This document shows positions 1 to 9,240 of a stretch of DNA of 64,000 nt, one piece after another; positions within the stretch are counted from its first letter, which is position 1, and every line of letters begins with the position of its first letter. Source of the stretch: Alphaproteobacteria bacterium (GTDB lineage Bacteria > Pseudomonadota > Alphaproteobacteria > SP197). A model generated the notes under the pieces. The model was not told the DNA's origin and did not search any database. It saw nothing but the letters and a program-made list of their open reading frames with translations. The position numbers and the translations under genes are program-made. The stretch is taken from assembly GCA_964291415.2 (NCBI GenBank), contig OZ219917.1, forward strand, positions 32,001-96,000. Direction: 5' to 3'.

Positions 1-675
1 TATTCGGAGATTGCGGTCTACGCGATCTGCGGCATGGTCGCGGTGACAAGCGCGGTCATCGGGGCGCCGCTGACAACGATCCTGATCGTCTTCGAGTTGA
101 CTCGTAACTACGATCTGGCGACGGCGGCGATGGTCAGCGTCGTCTTCTCGAACCTGGTCTCGTATCGAGTTTTCGGCCGTTCCCTGTTTGACGTACAGCT
201 CCGCATGCGGGGTTTTGACCTCGCCGACGGACGACACAAGGCGATTCTCGACCGCCTCCTCCTCGAAGACTGTGTGAGCCTGGACTACACCTCGCTGTCG
301 CCGGACGCGCCGCTCCACGAAGCGAAGGCGCGCCTCCTCGAGGCGGACAGGCACGAAGGCTACGTGGTCGACGCGAACGGCGTGTATCTCGGTACTGTCA
401 CGCTTGCCGAGCTTGAGCCGAGGCCGGCTGGCGAGGTTCGCGGACCGGAATTGACGGTCCGACAGCTTGCAAGACCCGAGTCCCTGATTCTCACGGCAAG
501 AACGACGGTTTGGCACGCGATGGAACAGATGGGCGACTTCGTTGGCGAGAGCATTCCGGTGCTCGAGGCCGGCGATCACGGTCGCCTGTTGGGCGTCGTG
601 TTCGAGGCAACCATCGTCAAGGCCTACCTCGATACAACGAACCGAATCAGGGAAGAGGAGAATGCGGGAGGATAG
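1..675 (+). CDS. CLC-family chloride channel/antiporter with C-terminal CBS pair (5'-partial)
   Basis: Frame is open from base 1 (YSEIAVYAICGMVAVTSAVIGAPLTTILIVFELTRNY), matching the CLC C-terminal helices, followed by two CBS-like segments. Confidence 0.88.
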   Translation, partial: YSEIAVYAICGMVAVTSAVIGAPLTTILIVFELTRNYDLATAAMVSVVFSNLVSYRVFGRSLFDVQLRMRGFDLADGRHKAILDRLLLEDCVSLDYTSLSPDAPLHEAKARLLEADRHEGYVVDANGVYLGTVTLAELEPRPAGEVRGPELTVRQLARPESLILTARTTVWHAMEQMGDFVGESIPVLEAGDHGRLLGVVFEATIVKAYLDTTNRIREEENAGG

Positions 676-711
676 AGTACCCATGAGGCCACGGAAATCC
701 GGAGCGGAATC

Positions 712-1893
712 TTGAAGGGGCGGCTTGTCATCCGCTGCGCCCTGCTCTGCATCGCTCTCTTCGGGCTGGCCGGACCGGCGACCGTCGATGCGTCAGACGA
801 ACAAGGCCGCACGATCACGGTGGCCACCTGGGGCGGGCCCTACGAGCGCAGCCAGGTCAAGGCCTACTTCGAGCCGTTCACGAAGGCAACGGGCATTCGA
901 GTTCGCACCGAACGGTACGGGGGCGGGCTCACCGAACTTCGTCGACAGTCGGTCACAGGAGAGATTGCGTGGGATGTCGTGGACATGACCATGGCCGACA
1001 ACCGCGCTGCCTGCCGACAGGGACTTCTGGAACCCATCGATCATGCGATTCTGCTCCCCGGAACCGACGGGATTCCGGCCGATGAGGACTTTCTCGATGG
1101 CGCACTGACCGAGTGCGGGGTCTCGCAGATCGTCTATGCCATGGTGACGGCGTTCAATCGAGACGCCTTTCCCGGAGAGCGGCCTGCCCGGATCGAGGAC
1201 ATCTTCGATGTGCAGCGGTTCCCCGGAAAGAGGGCTCTCCAGAAGGCCCCTGCGGCGAACCTCGAATGGGCGCTCATGTCGTACGGTGTGCCGCGCGAGG
1301 ATCTGTACGAATTGTTGAGTACGGAGCGGGGTCTTCGCCTCGCCTTCAGGAAACTCGACCGCATCCGCGATCACGTGATCTGGTGGACATCCATCGAGGA
1401 ACCGGTGGACCTGCTCGTGTCGGGCAAGGTCGCGATTGCCTCTCAGTTCAACGGACGCCTGTTCGATGCGGCGGTGGTTCACGGCCACCCCATCGAAATC
1501 ATCTGGGATGCGCAACTCTACGAGTTCGGAGCGTGGGGCGTTGCAAGGGGCTCGCCACGCCGCGAGGAGGCGCTGGAGTTCATCCGCTTTGCCACCGGCA
1601 CGGGGCCCCTGGCGGATCAGGCCGGATACATCTCCTATGGGCCGACCAGGCATTCTTCAATGAGGCTCGTGTCGACACATGCCGAAATCGGCGTGGACAT
1701 GCGGCCTCATCTCCCGACCAGTTCCACAAACTTCAGGACCGCAATCCTCAAGGACACAGAGTGGTACGCCAGCCTTCACGACAGGATCAGTGCGCGTTTC
1801 GATGAATGGCTCGACCAATCGGAGACGAGTCACACGGACAAAGCGAACACCGGTGCGGATTCGGTGGCGCAGGACGATGGTTCAGATCATTAG
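712..1893 (+). CDS. Polyamine-type (PotD/YdcS-like) ABC substrate-binding protein
   Basis: Signal peptide; TVATWGGPYERSQ, WDVVD, FPGKRAL and YGPTR motifs; start codon uncertain (TTG). Confidence 0.88.
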   Translation: MKGRLVIRCALLCIALFGLAGPATVDASDEQGRTITVATWGGPYERSQVKAYFEPFTKATGIRVRTERYGGGLTELRRQSVTGEIAWDVVDMTMADNRAACRQGLLEPIDHAILLPGTDGIPADEDFLDGALTECGVSQIVYAMVTAFNRDAFPGERPARIEDIFDVQRFPGKRALQKAPAANLEWALMSYGVPREDLYELLSTERGLRLAFRKLDRIRDHVIWWTSIEEPVDLLVSGKVAIASQFNGRLFDAAVVHGHPIEIIWDAQLYEFGAWGVARGSPRREEALEFIRFATGTGPLADQAGYISYGPTRHSSMRLVSTHAEIGVDMRPHLPTSSTNFRTAILKDTEWYASLHDRISARFDEWLDQSETSHTDKANTGADSVAQDDGSDH

Positions 1894-1944
1894 GGCGGGT
1901 TGGTCCATCATGAGCCACCCTTTCCGCATGGCGGTACACCTTTC

Positions 1945-2148
1945 GCGGACACGCTCCTCGGCGGGCTCGCCCTGGCGCGATTCGGCTCGTTCCGGGGGCG
2001 TATCCTGTTTTCCGGCATGATCTCGGCGCCGCTGGTGATGTCCGAAGTGATCACCGGCCTGTCGCTGCTGGTGTTGTTCGATATCACGCTGCCCCTGCTG
2101 GCGCCGACAATGATCGCGGGCTGGCTGCTGGCCTTCGCCCCCTTATCT
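1945..2148 (+). pseudogene. Internally deleted remnant of a PotI/PotC-type ABC permease
   Basis: ALARFGSFRGRILFSGMISAPLVMSEVITGLSLLVLF is joined directly to DITLPLLAPTMIAGWLLAF; these PotI segments are normally separated by the EAA-loop region; both termini are missing. Confidence 0.8.
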
Positions 2149-2379
2149 CGGCGGCCTCTTTCTCTTTCACGTCGTTCCTATTCTTGACAGATACGAAGTG
2201 CCGATCAGACTGCATTCCGCCAGGGCAAGCCCTGGAGAGAAAGCCACGAGCTGAAACCTCTCGTTGTGATCCCTGCGGGTTCGACTGCCGCCCGGCAAAG
2301 GCACAGCCCGCCGGCCGGACGTGAGTCGTGCATGGCGTGCGGCGACGTGGTGGAACGCCCCCGCAAGTCCTGAAGAGCG

Positions 2380-2412
2380 GTGGCGGAGCAGCCATCCTGG
2401 CCGCTCCGCCAC
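2380..2412 (-). terminator. GC-rich stem-loop just downstream of the BCCT gene
   Basis: Inverted repeat gtggcggagcagcca-tcc-tggccgctccgccac; weak U tract. Confidence 0.5.
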
Positions 2413-2426
2413 AACCTGATCGAGGC

Positions 2427-4079
2427 TCAGGCGTGCAGTTCCTGGGCCATGCGGGTGCCGTCCGGAGCATGGGTCTCATCCGGCGATGCGACCGCCCCGG
2501 GGTCGGTATGCAACGACTTCACCACGCCGTAGGCCATCAGCAGCATGATCACGCTGACCGGCAGGGCCGCGGCGATCGATGCCGTCTGCAGTGCCGCCAG
2601 GCCACCGGCCAGCAGCAGCACGGCGGCCACAAATCCCTCGCCAAGGCCCCAGACGATGCGGAAACGCTGCGGCGGATTGTCGGAACCCATGCTCAGCATG
2701 GTGGTGATCACCAGCGTCCCCGAATCGGACGACGTGATGAACCACGTCGCCAGGAGGAAGGTCGCCAGCGCGGCCATGATCCAGTTGAGCCAGTTGACTG
2801 CGCTGACCTGTGCGATGGTGCCGTAGAGCGCCGAAGGCAGATCCCAGCCCCGCACCAGGTCCGCGATGCCGGCGGTGCCCACGCCACCTGCCGCATTGAG
2901 CTCCATGTGCATCGCCGTCCCGCCGAAGATGCACAGCCAGAAGAAGGCCAGCGTCGTCGGAACGAACATCACGCCGACCATGAACTCCCTGATCGTGCGG
3001 CCGCGGCTGATGCGGGCGATGAACATGCCGACAAACGGCGCCCAGGATATCCACCAGCCCCAGTAGAAGATCGTCCAGCCGCTCTGCCAGGCGGCGTTGG
3101 CTTCGTCGTTGAAGGTCTGGAAGCCCATGGGAATGACGTTCCACAGGTAGTCGCCCGTGGTGCTGACGAAGAATCCCAGCAGCCACTTGGTGGGGCCGCC
3201 GAAGAGGAAGAAGGCGAGCAGAACGACACTGAGCCAGATGTTCCACTCCGAAATGATGCGGATGCCCTTGCCGACCCCGGAGACCGCCGAGAGCGTGGCG
3301 ACGATCGAGATGACGACGATGAGAATGATCTGCGTGACGATTCCCGGATCGACCCCGAACAGGTGGTTGAGACCGGCAGCCATCTGACTGACGCCAAGGC
3401 CCAGCGACGTGGCGACGCCGAAGACGGTGCCGAACACCGCCAGCAGATCGACGGCATGTCCGATGGGCCCATAGATGCGATCGCCGATCACCGGGTAGAG
3501 CGCCGAGCGCAGGGTCAGCGGCAGTTTCTTGCGAAAGCCGAAGTAGGCGAGGCACAGGCCGACGATCACGTACCCTGCCCAGCCATGGAAGCCCCAGTGG
3601 AAATAGGTGACCCGCATGGCGGCGGCGGCCCGCTGCTCATTCATGGCAGCCAGCCCCGCCTGGTCGGCAAAGGGGTTGTTGGGATAGCCCCACGGTTCGG
3701 TGTTGTCGAAATAGAACATCGGCTCGGCGATGCCGAAGAACAGCAGTCCGATACCGACGCCTGCCGAGAACAGCATGGCCAGCCACGAGAAGTTGGAGAA
3801 CTCCGGTCGCGAGTCGTCGTCACCGAGCCGGATCGTGCCGAAGCGGCTGAACATCAGGTAGAAGCAGACGAACAGCATGATCACCAGGGCCATGATGTAG
3901 TACCAGTTGAGCGCATACTCGATCCAGCCACGCACCGCCTGGTAGACGCTGTTGGCGAAGTCGACATTGATGGCCGTGAAGACAACGAAGACGACCACCA
4001 TCACCTTCGCCGCGATACCCATGCCCGAGTGCAGTCCCTTGAAAGGGCCACTCCGGGCCACCAGACTTGACTGTGTCAT
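2427..4079 (-). CDS. BCCT-family (betaine/choline/carnitine) transporter
   Basis: SWLAMLFSAGVGIGLLFFG, FHWGFHGWAGY and WTIFYWGWWISWAPFVGMFIARISRGRT motifs; AAGGA RBS before ATG at 4079. Confidence 0.95.
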   Translation of the reverse strand: MTQSSLVARSGPFKGLHSGMGIAAKVMVVVFVVFTAINVDFANSVYQAVRGWIEYALNWYYIMALVIMLFVCFYLMFSRFGTIRLGDDDSRPEFSNFSWLAMLFSAGVGIGLLFFGIAEPMFYFDNTEPWGYPNNPFADQAGLAAMNEQRAAAAMRVTYFHWGFHGWAGYVIVGLCLAYFGFRKKLPLTLRSALYPVIGDRIYGPIGHAVDLLAVFGTVFGVATSLGLGVSQMAAGLNHLFGVDPGIVTQIILIVVISIVATLSAVSGVGKGIRIISEWNIWLSVVLLAFFLFGGPTKWLLGFFVSTTGDYLWNVIPMGFQTFNDEANAAWQSGWTIFYWGWWISWAPFVGMFIARISRGRTIREFMVGVMFVPTTLAFFWLCIFGGTAMHMELNAAGGVGTAGIADLVRGWDLPSALYGTIAQVSAVNWLNWIMAALATFLLATWFITSSDSGTLVITTMLSMGSDNPPQRFRIVWGLGEGFVAAVLLLAGGLAALQTASIAAALPVSVIMLLMAYGVVKSLHTDPGAVASPDETHAPDGTRMAQELHA

Positions 4080-4179
4080 CGTGCATTCCTTTCGAAAGGC
4101 GGTGCATGGCACGGACTTGTGACCGTGCCTCGCCATTCAAGCACAGAACCATGCCGGATTCACGATGTGCGCATGGCAC

Positions 4180-4644
4180 TCAGGCCTGATCGATACGCCC
4201 GGCGAACATGAAGACGATCCCGGCAACGACCAGGGCGGCGCCGGCAACCTGCAGGATTCCGAGCCGTTCCTGGAAGACGAGCACCGATACGATGAGCGTG
4301 ATGACGACCGTCCCGGTCACCACCGTCGGGATCACCACGCTCGCCGGCAAGGGATTCGAGGCGCTGAAGATGGTGAGGTAGCAGATCTCGGCGATGCCGA
4401 TGCAAACTCCGGCGCCGAGGGCCCAGAGATAGCTTGGCAGGGAGAGGCGCAAGGTGTGTCCGCCCTGGATACCGAGAACCGTGAGGAAGGCCATCGACGT
4501 GAGCAATGCGCCGGTCTGCAGGCAGACCGCGGCGAGCACGGTCGTGGTGGCTTCGGCCGGCACGTGATCACCTGAAACCTTGATCAGCAGGTTGTAGCCC
4601 ACATAGGCCAGCGTCACGATTGCCAGCAGCACCATCATCGACAT
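4180..4644 (-). CDS. EamA/DMT-family single-domain membrane transporter
   Basis: About 5 hydrophobic segments; C-terminal LVFQERLGILQVAGAALVVAGI typical of DMT; GAGGGAG RBS. Confidence 0.8.
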   Translation of the reverse strand: MSMMVLLAIVTLAYVGYNLLIKVSGDHVPAEATTTVLAAVCLQTGALLTSMAFLTVLGIQGGHTLRLSLPSYLWALGAGVCIGIAEICYLTIFSASNPLPASVVIPTVVTGTVVITLIVSVLVFQERLGILQVAGAALVVAGIVFMFAGRIDQA

Positions 4645-4764
4645 GACCGACTCCCTCAAATCCGTTCGGGGACTCTGTACCGAAGCGGGAACAAAGACCA
4701 ACAGGTTGACTTCCGGTTGTCATGGCTACCAGCATCGGGAACAGGGATCCCGGAAGGTGCCGCC

Positions 4765-6474
4765 ATGGTCGAAGGAAGCATGCATGCCAGACGCAGCGAA
4801 GCGCGTGGACGGGACGGCGTGGTCTCCGCCGGGCACCCTGATGCGGTCGCAGCCGCACTGACACTCCTGGAGGCCGGAGGCAATGCCTTCGACGCCATCG
4901 TCGGGGCGGCCTTTGCGAGCTTCGTCGTCGAGCCGGCCCAGTGCGGTCTGGGCGGCTATGCACGCCTGGCCGGTTTCGATACCCGTGCGCGCCGCCTGGT
5001 CTCGGTCGACGGCTATCTGAGGGCGCCCGCCGCCGCCCGCGAGGACATGTTCGAGATCGACGAATCGCGGGGACTCAAATACTACGAAACGCCATGGACC
5101 AAGGACCTGAAGGGCGAGAAAGGGCATCTCGCGACGGGCGTTCCGGGCGCCGTTGCCGCCATGTGGGAAGTCCACCAGCGCTGGGGGCACCTCGACTGGG
5201 CCCGTGTCCTGGAGCCCTCGATCCGCCTGGCCGAACACGGCCTTGCCGTGACCTGGAACCAGCTGCTCCACATCTGCGAGGTTCACCGGCTCATGCGCCG
5301 CTATCCGCCGATGCTCCGCCATTTCTGTCCCGGCGGCGAGCTTCCCCGGATCGGCGGCCAGTTCGGCGGCGCAACCGTCCTCGATCTCTCCGAACTCGCG
5401 CGCACGCTGCGTCTCATCGCCGATGAAGGGCCATCCGGATTCTACGAGGGCCGGGTTGCCGAACTCATCGAGCAGGAAGTCAGACAAGGCGGCGGCATCC
5501 TGACCGCCGAGGACCTGGCGTCCTACCGGCCGAAGGTGCTTGAGGAAACGCCGCTGGATTTCCACGGACTGGACTGCATCACCTGCTTCTGCCCGACGTC
5601 CGCCGAGTTCCTGAATCTCCTGGGGACCTTTGACCTTCGCTCGATCACCGGCGCCGCGTCACACCACCTGATGGCCGAGTGCATGCTGACCGCCTTCACC
5701 GACACCATCCACTGGTACGGTGACCCGGACTTCGAGGATACCCCCGTCGCCGCCCTCTCGTCGGCCGAGTTCGCCAGGCGGCGTGCCAGGGCAATCGATC
5801 CGCAAAGGGCCATGCCGCGGCCGCCGCAACCGGCCTCGGCCGATGATCTTGCGGTCTCCGGCCACGAAGCGCTCCCGCAGTCCGTGGAAACGACTCCATG
5901 GGCACCGAAGCTCGGAGGAACGACACAGGTCGCCGTCACCGACGGGAGCGGGAACATGGCGGCGCTCTGCATCAGCCTTTCGGATGCCCACGGTTCCCTC
6001 GTCTACTGTCCAGGCACCGGTGTGGTGCTCAACAACGGCATGCAGAACTTCGATCCCCGGCCGGGACGGCCGAATTCCATCAAGCCCGGCAAGATGCCGA
6101 TTTTCGCCGCCCCCGTTCTCGTGGCCACACGCCAGGGCGAGCCCGTCTTCGCCGCCGCCGGTTCGGGCGGCTACCGGATCCTCACCGGTGTCATGCACAC
6201 ATTTGTCAACTGGGCCGTTCACGGCATGGACCTCAGAGCGGCCATCGAGGCTCCCAGGATACACTGCCAGAGCCGCGAGACCTTCGTCGACGAGCGCCTC
6301 CCCGCGGCCGTCATCGACGAACTCGCCGCCATGGGACACGACATCCGCCTCCAGCGCGACATGCCCGGCCTCAACGCCTTCGCCCGCGTCGCGGCCGTCG
6401 CCAGGGACCCCGCGGAAGGCCTCCTCACCGGCGCCGCCTGGCCCCCCTGGATCAACGACACCGCGGCTCTCTAG
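4765..6474 (+). CDS. Gamma-glutamyltransferase-family Ntn hydrolase (atypical active site)
   Basis: GGNAFDA, VVEPAQCGLGG, GVPGAVA, nucleophile GTTQ, LNNGMQNF, GSGG and APRIH motifs. Confidence 0.9.
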   Translation: MVEGSMHARRSEARGRDGVVSAGHPDAVAAALTLLEAGGNAFDAIVGAAFASFVVEPAQCGLGGYARLAGFDTRARRLVSVDGYLRAPAAAREDMFEIDESRGLKYYETPWTKDLKGEKGHLATGVPGAVAAMWEVHQRWGHLDWARVLEPSIRLAEHGLAVTWNQLLHICEVHRLMRRYPPMLRHFCPGGELPRIGGQFGGATVLDLSELARTLRLIADEGPSGFYEGRVAELIEQEVRQGGGILTAEDLASYRPKVLEETPLDFHGLDCITCFCPTSAEFLNLLGTFDLRSITGAASHHLMAECMLTAFTDTIHWYGDPDFEDTPVAALSSAEFARRRARAIDPQRAMPRPPQPASADDLAVSGHEALPQSVETTPWAPKLGGTTQVAVTDGSGNMAALCISLSDAHGSLVYCPGTGVVLNNGMQNFDPRPGRPNSIKPGKMPIFAAPVLVATRQGEPVFAAAGSGGYRILTGVMHTFVNWAVHGMDLRAAIEAPRIHCQSRETFVDERLPAAVIDELAAMGHDIRLQRDMPGLNAFARVAAVARDPAEGLLTGAAWPPWINDTAAL

Positions 6475-6598
6475 ATCAACGCGCCTGCTGACAACGGGAA
6501 GCCAATGCTGCCAAGGCCTGGCGCGAATCGACGAGGTCACCAACAGGTTCCAGTCGAAGCCCCCGGTGATCCGTCAAGCCGCCTGTCGCAAGAAATGA

Positions 6599-6636
6599 GC
6601 CCCGCCTGCCTTCCCGATCGGAACGACAGGCGGGGC
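6599..6636. terminator. Stem-loop between convergent ggt-like and SBP genes
   Basis: Inverted repeat gccccgcctg...caggcggggc. Confidence 0.55.
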
Positions 6637-6643
6637 GAAGCCA

Positions 6644-8229
6644 TCAGGCCTTCGTGAAACGCTTCCAGAGCATGCGCCCGTCGGGCGTGAGCGACGGAAC
6701 GATGGTGTTGCGGTAGATGGTCGGCTCGAATTCATGGGTGATGAACCGGTAGCAGCCCGACTCTTCCATCATGTCCTGCATGGTCCGGTACATGCCGTCG
6801 CGCGCGGCAGGATCCATGGTGACGAGCGCCTCGGCATGCAGCGCGCCGAAGTCCGGGTTGTTGAACCGCTCCCAGTTCCACACGCCGACCTGTTGCGGCG
6901 TGAACCACATGGTGTACCACCCCGGATCGGGCTGGGAGGAGAAGCGCGAATAGAGAATCTGAAGCGACTTCCAGTCTTCTCCGGAACTTCGTCTCCCATG
7001 GTCCACCAGACGCCGGGGTCGTGCACGTTGATCTCGGCATCAATGCCGATGTCGGCAAGGTTGGCCTGGATCACCTGGCAGGCCGCCGTGTAGGCCGCCT
7101 TGTTGAGGGTGTCGATCCGGCACGAGAACCCGGATCCAAAACCGGCCTCCTCGAGCTGCTGGCGGGCATACTCCGGATTGCCCTCATAGGGAACGAGCGG
7201 TTCGGGACGGTGCCCGACAAGGCCCGGCGGGATGATGCCGTTGGCGGGAGCCGCCAGCCCGAAGTAGGCCGCTTCCAGGATCTGGTTGACGTTCACCGCA
7301 TGCTGGATCGCACGCCGCACCCGGATGTCGCCCATCGCCTCGTTGTCGCGGTTGATCCCCATCCAGACGTACTTCAGCGAGGGATGCTGAACCAGCGTGG
7401 CATCCTCGGGCAGGCTCTCCATGAGGGTTTGCACCGAGGTGATCGGCACGCGGGTGACGTCGAGGTCCCCGGCGAGGAAGCCGACTTCGGCGGCCTGCTC
7501 GTCGACGATCGGGTAGACCTCGATGGTGGTGAAATCCGGATTGGCATAGGGGCCCGTGTAGCCTTGCCGCGCAGAGAGCGTGAGCTTCTGGGACGGTTGC
7601 CAGTCCGTGATCTCGTAGGCGCCTGACACCGCCGGCGGTTCTGCCTCGTAGCGCTTGCCGTCAAGCGCCTCGACAGCCGCCTTGCAGACGATCATGCCGC
7701 GCCCCGCGGGCATCGTCGTCGTCCACAAGGGTGCATAGGGCTCCTTGAGCACGATCGTCCCGCTGCGCTCGTCGTGGACATCGACACGATCAAGGGCGCT
7801 CCAGTCCTCGGCGTAGGGGGATGCCATCTCAGGGTCCGCGATCCTCTCGTACGAGTACTTGACGTCTTCGGCCGTCATGGCGCCAAAGCCGTTGGTCCAG
7901 CCAACGTCGTCGCGCAGGGTGAAGTTGATATGGGTGTCATCCACCTGGTCGATCTCGGCCGCAGCCTCATTCTCCCAGCCCCACTGGTCGCCCGGGGTCA
8001 CCGAGACGAGGCCATGGAGCAGGCAGGCGTTCACGTCGGATTCGGGAGCAGACAGGATATAGCCGGGGTCGAGAACCTGGATGTCAGAGTAGTTCCTCAC
8101 CCTCAGGGTATCGCCCGCTTCCTGGGCCTCTACGGAAGCACTGGCCATCGCCAGTGTTCCTCCGGCCACGCCCGCAGCCGTTGTTTCCATGAAACGGCGA
8201 CGGGACAGTTTCAACCGATCACTGGACAT
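6644..8229 (-). CDS. Tat-exported peptide/nickel-type (family 5) ABC substrate-binding protein, frameshifted near 6990
   Basis: SRRRFM Tat motif; FTLRDDV, MTAEDVKYS and DIRVRRAIQHAVN motifs; the C-terminus (SSGEDWK...WNWERFNNPDF) continues in the ORF at 6644..7006; adding one A (GAA AGT) restores the frame. Confidence 0.85.
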
Positions 8230-8247
8230 GTGTCATTCCCCATGTTG

Positions 8248-8266
8248 TTGGCAAAAGGTATGCCAA
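8248..8266 (-). promoter_or_regulatory. Putative sigma-54 (-24/-12) promoter or palindromic operator upstream of the SBP gene
   Basis: Minus strand TGGCATACCTTTTGC fits GG-N10-GC with TTGC; the element is the palindrome TTGGCA-N7-TGCCAA. Confidence 0.5.
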
Positions 8267-8431
8267 TGTTCAGCAGTCCGACAGGTCTTGTCCAGCGTCG
8301 AATCCGTTGACGCCGGCACCAGCCGATGATCTCCGGCAGGAGCATGGGATCATGGTCAATCGTCCACCGCCGCGGGCGTGCCAGCCATTGCCATGAGGAC
8401 TTCGGGGCCTGACGGCCGTTCGACCGGGCTC

Positions 8432-8607
8432 GACGATCAGGCCGAGGATACGCCCTTCAAGCCCGGCATGGTCATGAGCCTCGACATTCCATACTGTAGG
8501 CGAGCAGCCCGGGTGGCCTCGGCATCGAGGACATGGTCCTCGTCGCGGCAACGGGATGCGAGAGTTTCGATGCGCTGTCCCGCAGACGCGCCGTTCGTGC
8601 GGGATGA
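8432..8607 (+). pseudogene. C-terminal remnant of an M24 (Xaa-Pro peptidase-like) metallopeptidase
   Basis: DTPFKPGMVMSLDIPY, then after a frameshift near 8510 GGLGIEDMVLVAATGCESF; the rest of the gene is absent. Confidence 0.75.
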
Positions 8608-8638
8608 GGATCCCTCAACGCATCCGCGGAGGAAGACA

Positions 8639-9160
8639 ATGATCGACGGTGAGACCCTGCGCGCCATGCAGGCGCCTCTCAAGGACCGCTACCGCGACGA
8701 ACCGGATGCAGCAGTGGTCACCCTTCGGGCCACGGGCAGTATCGGGCTCGACGATGTCACATGCAGCGTTGAGACCTCGAAGGCCATGATCCGCGCCGGC
8801 CTGCATCCCGCAACGGGAGGAGACGGCCTTGCCGCCTGCTCCGGCGACATGCTGCTCGAGGCCCTGGTGGCCTGTGCCGGCGTCACGCTGAATGCCGTGG
8901 CGAGCGCACTGGGGATCGCCCTCAGGGATGGCGCGATCACCGCCGAAGGCGATCTCGATTTTCGCGGCACACTCGGGATCGACCGCGACACGCCTGTGGG
9001 ATTCCGGTCCATACGCCTTGGCTTCACCCTCGATACGGATGCCGATGACGACACCCTCGATCGCCTGATGAAGCTGACCGAGCGCTACTGCGTCATCTTC
9101 CAGACCCTGACATCACCACCTGCCATCGAGGTCTCGCGCGCCTCAACGCCCGCTGGATGA
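8639..9160 (+). CDS. OsmC-family protein
   Basis: LHPATGG, ACSGDMLLEALVACAG, GDLDFRG and TERYCVI motifs; GGAGG RBS before ATG 8639. Confidence 0.9.
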   Translation: MIDGETLRAMQAPLKDRYRDEPDAAVVTLRATGSIGLDDVTCSVETSKAMIRAGLHPATGGDGLAACSGDMLLEALVACAGVTLNAVASALGIALRDGAITAEGDLDFRGTLGIDRDTPVGFRSIRLGFTLDTDADDDTLDRLMKLTERYCVIFQTLTSPPAIEVSRASTPAG

Positions 9161-9240
9161 CCATCCCGCGGGAACCGTCACCGACGGTCCTGGCGGAGTT
9201 TCATGGGCATGAACGGCGTCGGACAGACGCGCCCGGCAGG

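Noticed and set aside
2328-4070. Long antisense or alternate-frame ORFs (also 19054..21279, 27651..29420, 12922..14496, 32553..34208, 58500..60146, 62167..63639)
   Set aside because: Shadow frames of well-supported genes, expected in high-GC DNA; no recognisable motifs
8378-9160. 260-aa ORF suggesting an N-terminally extended or fused OsmC
   Set aside because: The extension is read-through of an M24 pseudogene fragment; OsmC has its own GGAGG RBS and ATG at 8639
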